Positions 59,432 to 64,000 of a stretch of 64,000 bases of DNA are shown piece by piece. Each line of letters opens with the position of its first letter. Positions within the stretch are counted from its first letter, which is position 1. Below the pieces are notes generated by a model. It made no database searches, was not told the origin of the DNA, and worked only from the letters and a program-made list of their open reading frames with translations. Both the position numbers and the translations under genes were made by a program. The stretch comes from a virus: positions 158 through 64,157 of IMG/VR virus record IMGVR_UViG_3300008253_000110; one strand, written 5' to 3'.

Positions 59432-60685
59432 TTAATCGAACCATCCTTGGGAGTTCTTAGTATATATTTTAACGTTGTGTGTAAAATAATATGAATCATG
59501 GGAACCATTTGGATTTTTTTCGGCAACTTGTACAAGAGTTTTGAATTTACCCGACACGAAAGTATACCCGTCAGCTTCAAGTTCTGCGGTTTTTTTGCTT
59601 AAGAACTCATCAGCTAGAGCAGCTTGTCTGGTTTTTATTTCTTTTAGTTTCACATTATTTGCTGCCCAGGCCTCTTCGGTGGTCGCTTTATTACCTTCAT
59701 TAAGCGTCCACCCAAAGTCTATTACAATGTGGTCTGCATAGATTTCATTACCCATGTTGTTCAAAACCTTCCCCGGTCCAGGAATAAAGACTTCACCTGA
59801 AACTGTTCTACCTTTGTATGCCCCACTTGCTGACATCTCCATATCGTTAAAAAACCAAAAATGACCATGAGAGTACCGGGTTTCTGGTTCAAAATCGTCT
59901 ACTAGTAGAATTACGGTGTCCATTCCTACAAATTGTTTATGTTCTTTCACATCTACTATCTTTTTCTGTATAGTAGATGTTTTAGAATTAGCAGGTGATT
60001 TTGCTTTTCTTGACTTTTTCATATCAGCTGCGGTTTTAGACGAAGCAGAATCTTGTACTTTTTGCATCTGTTTGGCTACAACACCTACATTAGCGGACAC
60101 TACTTCACCAACAGCATCTATAGCACCCTTAGCTTCTGTAGCAACTGCTGATATCTCTGACTTTATTTCTTTCAATGCTCCTTCAATAGGAAACGTTGGC
60201 ATATTAGGTGCCATTGTGATAAGTCCATCAACACCTTTTTGTAGATTAGGTATAAGAGCACATGGGTCTATATCCCCTCCACCATTTAGTGCATCAAGTA
60301 TCTTATCTAAATCAATACCTTGTTTATCTAATGCTTCTCCCCATTCGTCTTTAAATGCCTTCTTAGCTTTCGCCATTTCTTGTGCTATTGCATCTTTAGC
60401 ATCTTGTGGAAGTTCTTCATTAGCTAAGTCTTTTGCGTATCCTGCTAGTTTAGATGCAAGTGCCATCATTTCAACTGACATTGGTATCTTAGGGAGTTCA
60501 GGTAACTCAGGAAGTTCCGCCATCCAACCCCGAATCTCTGATTCCATTGACTCTTTTAACTTTTCAGCTTCTACTTTAGCATCGGCCGCAAGTTGATCAA
60601 CCATCGCTAATGCAGAATCTTTAGCTTCGTTTAACTTATCTTGAAGTCCACCTATTAGAGCATCAACATCTATTCCACAAATCAT
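59432..60685 (-). CDS. Hypothetical protein between gp5 and gp25 (417 aa)
   Basis: Ala/Lys/Glu-rich helical N-terminal half with DPCALIPNL, and an unrelated-looking aromatic-rich C-terminal half. Confidence 0.7.
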   Translation of the reverse strand: MICGIDVDALIGGLQDKLNEAKDSALAMVDQLAADAKVEAEKLKESMESEIRGWMAELPELPELPKIPMSVEMMALASKLAGYAKDLANEELPQDAKDAIAQEMAKAKKAFKDEWGEALDKQGIDLDKILDALNGGGDIDPCALIPNLQKGVDGLITMAPNMPTFPIEGALKEIKSEISAVATEAKGAIDAVGEVVSANVGVVAKQMQKVQDSASSKTAADMKKSRKAKSPANSKTSTIQKKIVDVKEHKQFVGMDTVILLVDDFEPETRYSHGHFWFFNDMEMSASGAYKGRTVSGEVFIPGPGKVLNNMGNEIYADHIVIDFGWTLNEGNKATTEEAWAANNVKLKEIKTRQAALADEFLSKKTAELEADGYTFVSGKFKTLVQVAEKNPNGSHDSYYFTHNVKIYTKNSQGWFD

Positions 60686-60695
60686 TTATATATTC

Positions 60696-61946
60696 CTATT
60701 TGTTAAGGTGTATCTCAGCACCAGTTACTTCAACATTAGCAGCTGATACAACTGTAAGTAAACCAACAGAATCAATAGCTAATGTTTCACCTACTTTATA
60801 TGTACATAATCCAGCAACACCAAATTCTAACTTACCACCTACTTTCATAGAAGAGTTTAGAGCAGAGAATGTTCCGAAATTACCATGAGTGGTTAAATTA
60901 CATTCTTTTGTAGTAGTGACCTGAGTGTTACCTAATATAGTCTGATCCCAATCACCATTAATAGTATGCTTATGATTCTTGAATGTTGTTATAGTAGAAT
61001 CTTCTCCTATTCGTAGTATCTCCGATTTAGATATATTACCAGTACGATTACCTATAATTTCAAAGGCATCATTACCACCACCATCATCATCACCTCTAGC
61101 TCCTATTTTGGTATATCTATTCTGATGTACTTTAGTGGTCATATCACCTTCAACTTCTAGTACATAATCACCTTTAATAAGTTGTCGAACAGATCCATCT
61201 ATAGTAATATCACAAGCTCCCATAATATATACTTTTTTCTTACCTAATACTATCTCATAATCATCACGGACAATTTTAACCATTCTATCCCCAGTAGGAT
61301 GGATTTCTTCAAAAGTACCTGACTTATGCTGAGTCATTAGACGTTCACCATCTGGTGAATCATCAACTTCTACAACATGACCACACTCTGATTCATATAC
61401 ATGATTGTAAGGGTATTGTGAATAAGTATCCGACTTAGGACTTGGTTCATCCCAGAGTTCAGGTGGATCGGGAGGTAAGGATTCTACAGTTTTTACATCC
61501 GGTTTAGTAGCTTTAGGTATATCTGTTACTTTCATTGCTCTGCGTTGCATTAATGCAATGTGATACTCTGCTTCAAGACCCCTACCTAGTCTATTATAAT
61601 CAGGTTCACCTACTAACTCAGGATATATACCATTAGGGTCAGAAAATCCTGTATTAGGACTTGGTATCTGTGATGGATTAGATCCGATAGTACCTAGTAC
61701 AATAGGATCTTGCATAAAGTCATCATTAAATGCTAATACAACCCATGCACCCTCTACTAAGAACTGTGTATGTCCTAAACCGGATACAGATGGTGATGTT
61801 GTTGGAAGCATTACTGTAGCCCAAGGTAATGATTCAGTTGGTATTTCTTGCAGATCTGGAGAATGTTTTCCTAGTATACGAACACGAACTCTACCTAATT
61901 CTTCAGGATCATGTCTGTCCTCTACTACACCTAATTCAACTTGCAT
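60696..61946 (-). CDS. gp5: Baseplate central spike gp5-like (OB fold plus beta-helix; no lysozyme domain)
   Basis: GVVEDR.DPE.LGRVRVRI.G.H, LPWA.V..P, YPYNHV.ESE.GH..E.DD.P..ER....H.SG.F.EI and C-terminal (V.G....)n repeats. Confidence 0.92.
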   Translation of the reverse strand: MQVELGVVEDRHDPEELGRVRVRILGKHSPDLQEIPTESLPWATVMLPTTSPSVSGLGHTQFLVEGAWVVLAFNDDFMQDPIVLGTIGSNPSQIPSPNTGFSDPNGIYPELVGEPDYNRLGRGLEAEYHIALMQRRAMKVTDIPKATKPDVKTVESLPPDPPELWDEPSPKSDTYSQYPYNHVYESECGHVVEVDDSPDGERLMTQHKSGTFEEIHPTGDRMVKIVRDDYEIVLGKKKVYIMGACDITIDGSVRQLIKGDYVLEVEGDMTTKVHQNRYTKIGARGDDDGGGNDAFEIIGNRTGNISKSEILRIGEDSTITTFKNHKHTINGDWDQTILGNTQVTTTKECNLTTHGNFGTFSALNSSMKVGGKLEFGVAGLCTYKVGETLAIDSVGLLTVVSAANVEVTGAEIHLNK

Positions 61947-63223
61947 TATTTTTTCACCTTTTGATGATTTATACCTATACCATCTCTAACCAATTCAATA
62001 GCCATTTTATATGTTTCACCCTCTGATGTATTAGTAAATATATGAGCGATTGCAGAGATCATATATTTACCACTTGATATTTTATCTGCAGATACTTTAT
62101 CTAAAGTGGGGATGTTTTGTTGTATCATAACATTAATACAATTTCCACACTCAATTTCCTTAATAGGATCAACTTCTATATTTAATGTAGAAAGGAACAT
62201 TCTATTGGTATATGATTTTCTAATTAGAAGAGATCTAGGCTCTATAGTAGTAAAATTAGGTAATGAATTCTCAAATGCTTTAGAATTATGATTTAATACA
62301 TGATGTTTAGCATTTGATAATCCTGATAAAGAATATTCATTTAGTTTAAAATGATCTGATATCATTTCTGGGTTAACAGACTCGGCATTGTTCTTATAAT
62401 TAAATACTGTATTATTTACTGTTTTTAATGAAATATCATGATGAGTAACATTAGATGCATATGATCCTCTAGACAATAGTGATAATGTGTTGTAAGCTGC
62501 CTCTTGTTTTATAGAATCTATATGATGACGATCATCAGTCATTCCTCTTACAGTAGAACCAGCTAAACCTGTATTAAATAATGCTGACTCCCCTATAGTG
62601 AATTTAGCTTCTTCAGACATCATAGATTTAATAGATTTAATTACAGGATATCCAGGTCCATTTAGAGTTTCAAATAGGAACAATGGAGCTCCATCTACAT
62701 CAAAAGCTGATTGGAGAACTTTAGATATAGCTTGATAAGGTTTAATATAAGGGAATACTATATTCATAGTAGAAGCACCACCATCATATATTCTTATAGA
62801 TTCATTTAAATGGTCAGCATGTATAGAAGATATTATAGAAGTGGAAGATCCAGAATATGATTGTGAAAAGGTAGAGGCTGAATTTAAAAGTTCTTTTGTT
62901 GGTACTAACCTAAATTTTATACCTGATACATCAGTACGAATTTTAGTAACATCATGTATATCAATTATATTTAAATTTATAGATCTTTTTATAGAATCTT
63001 TAACAAATGTAATCGCAATGCTTTCCTGACCTACAAGAGGTATTCTATTAATTAATCCAGAATCATCATACATACTCATAATACCGGATAAGAAAAAAGA
63101 ATCAATTGATTCGTATATAGTAAATGATGTTACATTTTCAGTAACATCATACTTATTTCCATTAACTCCAGTAATTATAATTGATAATGATGATAATGAA
63201 TTGATTAGAGAATCAGTAGCCAT
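61946..63223 (-). CDS. Baseplate hub protein (gp27-like position and pattern)
   Basis: F.IYESI...FLSG.....D...L....P..GQE, FLFETL and SGKYMISAI.H.F; directly upstream of gp5. Confidence 0.65.
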   Translation of the reverse strand: MATDSLINSLSSLSIIITGVNGNKYDVTENVTSFTIYESIDSFFLSGIMSMYDDSGLINRIPLVGQESIAITFVKDSIKRSINLNIIDIHDVTKIRTDVSGIKFRLVPTKELLNSASTFSQSYSGSSTSIISSIHADHLNESIRIYDGGASTMNIVFPYIKPYQAISKVLQSAFDVDGAPLFLFETLNGPGYPVIKSIKSMMSEEAKFTIGESALFNTGLAGSTVRGMTDDRHHIDSIKQEAAYNTLSLLSRGSYASNVTHHDISLKTVNNTVFNYKNNAESVNPEMISDHFKLNEYSLSGLSNAKHHVLNHNSKAFENSLPNFTTIEPRSLLIRKSYTNRMFLSTLNIEVDPIKEIECGNCINVMIQQNIPTLDKVSADKISSGKYMISAIAHIFTNTSEGETYKMAIELVRDGIGINHQKVKK

Positions 63224-63227
63224 AATA

Positions 63228-63965
63228 TTAACTAATACTCTTATTTAATTCTTCTATGAAAAGGTCTGACACCTCTTCAATAAATTCAGGTTTTATTACC
63301 CTTATCTTTGATCGTTTTAAGTTTTCTTCCTGCTCTACTTCATAATATGAAATATGTTCTATTGTTGTATGTGTATCACTTCTATTTACTATGTCCCCTG
63401 TTGCTTCATCTACAAAATGATGCGGAGCATATATATGTTTTGTTACTGACGCAATATCACAAGGAGCTTGTGAAGTTGTTCCTTGTATAACTTCACCAGA
63501 GCTTTTAAAGGTGCCTGATATAGGTTTAACTAGAAGCCATCGTGCTGTTGGGTATATATGTACTATCTGTCCTATTGCTCCGGATTGTGAACCTTCTACG
63601 TTTTCACCTACTTGCAACCCTAATGTTGCAAGATCCGGATCATCAGTTATAAAAGCTAGATGGGGATATTTATCATCAATATATTCTAATAATTTTGATG
63701 AATCTTTTGGCCAGTGAGTATAATAGTTTGTAAGTTCTGGATTGATTATAAAAAAAGTCCAATAATATTTATCAGTACCGTATAATGTATAAGATACATT
63801 ATCAGGTCTATATCCATCTGGGATAACATAATGAGAATAAAATGCTATATTATCTAATTGTTTTGATTTTATAGCTACATAACTAGTTATATTAGTTACA
63901 TTTTGTGTAGTACCAGAATTGTCTATATCATAATCAAATTTTGGGAAATTAGTAAAATAACTCAT
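63228..63965 (-). CDS. gp53: Baseplate wedge subunit gp53
   Basis: MSYF..FP...Y, Y.IPDG.RPD.VSY.LYG...YYW....N, WP, and YE.E..EN.KR.KI..IKP. Confidence 0.9.
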   Translation of the reverse strand: MSYFTNFPKFDYDIDNSGTTQNVTNITSYVAIKSKQLDNIAFYSHYVIPDGYRPDNVSYTLYGTDKYYWTFFIINPELTNYYTHWPKDSSKLLEYIDDKYPHLAFITDDPDLATLGLQVGENVEGSQSGAIGQIVHIYPTARWLLVKPISGTFKSSGEVIQGTTSQAPCDIASVTKHIYAPHHFVDEATGDIVNRSDTHTTIEHISYYEVEQEENLKRSKIRVIKPEFIEEVSDLFIEELNKSIS

Positions 63966-63968
63966 TAA

Positions 63969-64000
63969 TTAGTATCCTTGGTGAATATGACTATTATATA
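63969..64000 (-). CDS. 3' end of an upstream gene (possibly gp48/tail-tube-cap-like)
   Basis: One frame reads ...YNSHIHQGY-stop just before the gp53 start; the stretch is too short to identify. Confidence 0.25.
   Translation of the reverse strand, partial: YNSHIHQGY

Noticed and set aside
59916-60596. 226-aa plus-strand ORF and the other 60-126-aa plus-strand ORFs (for example 706-996, 20454-20834, 49598-49960)
   Set aside because: They are antisense shadows of well-supported minus-strand genes and have no recognisable motifs.
1-64000. Stop-codon reassignment
   Set aside because: Very long ORFs (up to 2691 aa) tile the window under the standard code, with tight gene junctions.

Overview
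This AT-rich 64-kb window comes from a large T4-like myovirus genome (phage or prophage), and nearly all real genes lie on the minus strand. Read in transcription order (right to left), it holds: (1) a baseplate module (gp53-, hub-, gp5-, gp25-, gp6-, gp7- and gp8-like genes), a 1959-aa VrlC/DUF4815-like virion protein and a 1042-aa fibre (44.7-64 kb); (2) an 18-kb, 24-gene enzyme island inserted among the tail genes (26.3-44.7 kb); (3) a PAAR gene, a 2691-aa fibre with an SGNH esterase and a C-terminal chaperone, a 1392-aa metzincin-headed protein, a CxxC protein, four tandem subtilisin-like proteases and further fibres (1-26.3 kb). The island encodes eight radical SAM proteins, a protein ending in (CxCNxx)4, nucleotide-sugar enzymes, two PLP enzymes, an amidinotransferase, two deacetylases and several glycosyltransferase-like proteins. 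The most striking observations are this island, which I infer may modify virion proteins, and a ~40-aa motif (TR[VI]PT..DY.QR..SG.T..QYNNG) shared by four otherwise unrelated structural proteins, two copies of which share 48 identical bases. All product calls come from motif reading only; no database search was run. I saw no tRNA, rRNA, CRISPR array, integrase or transposase.
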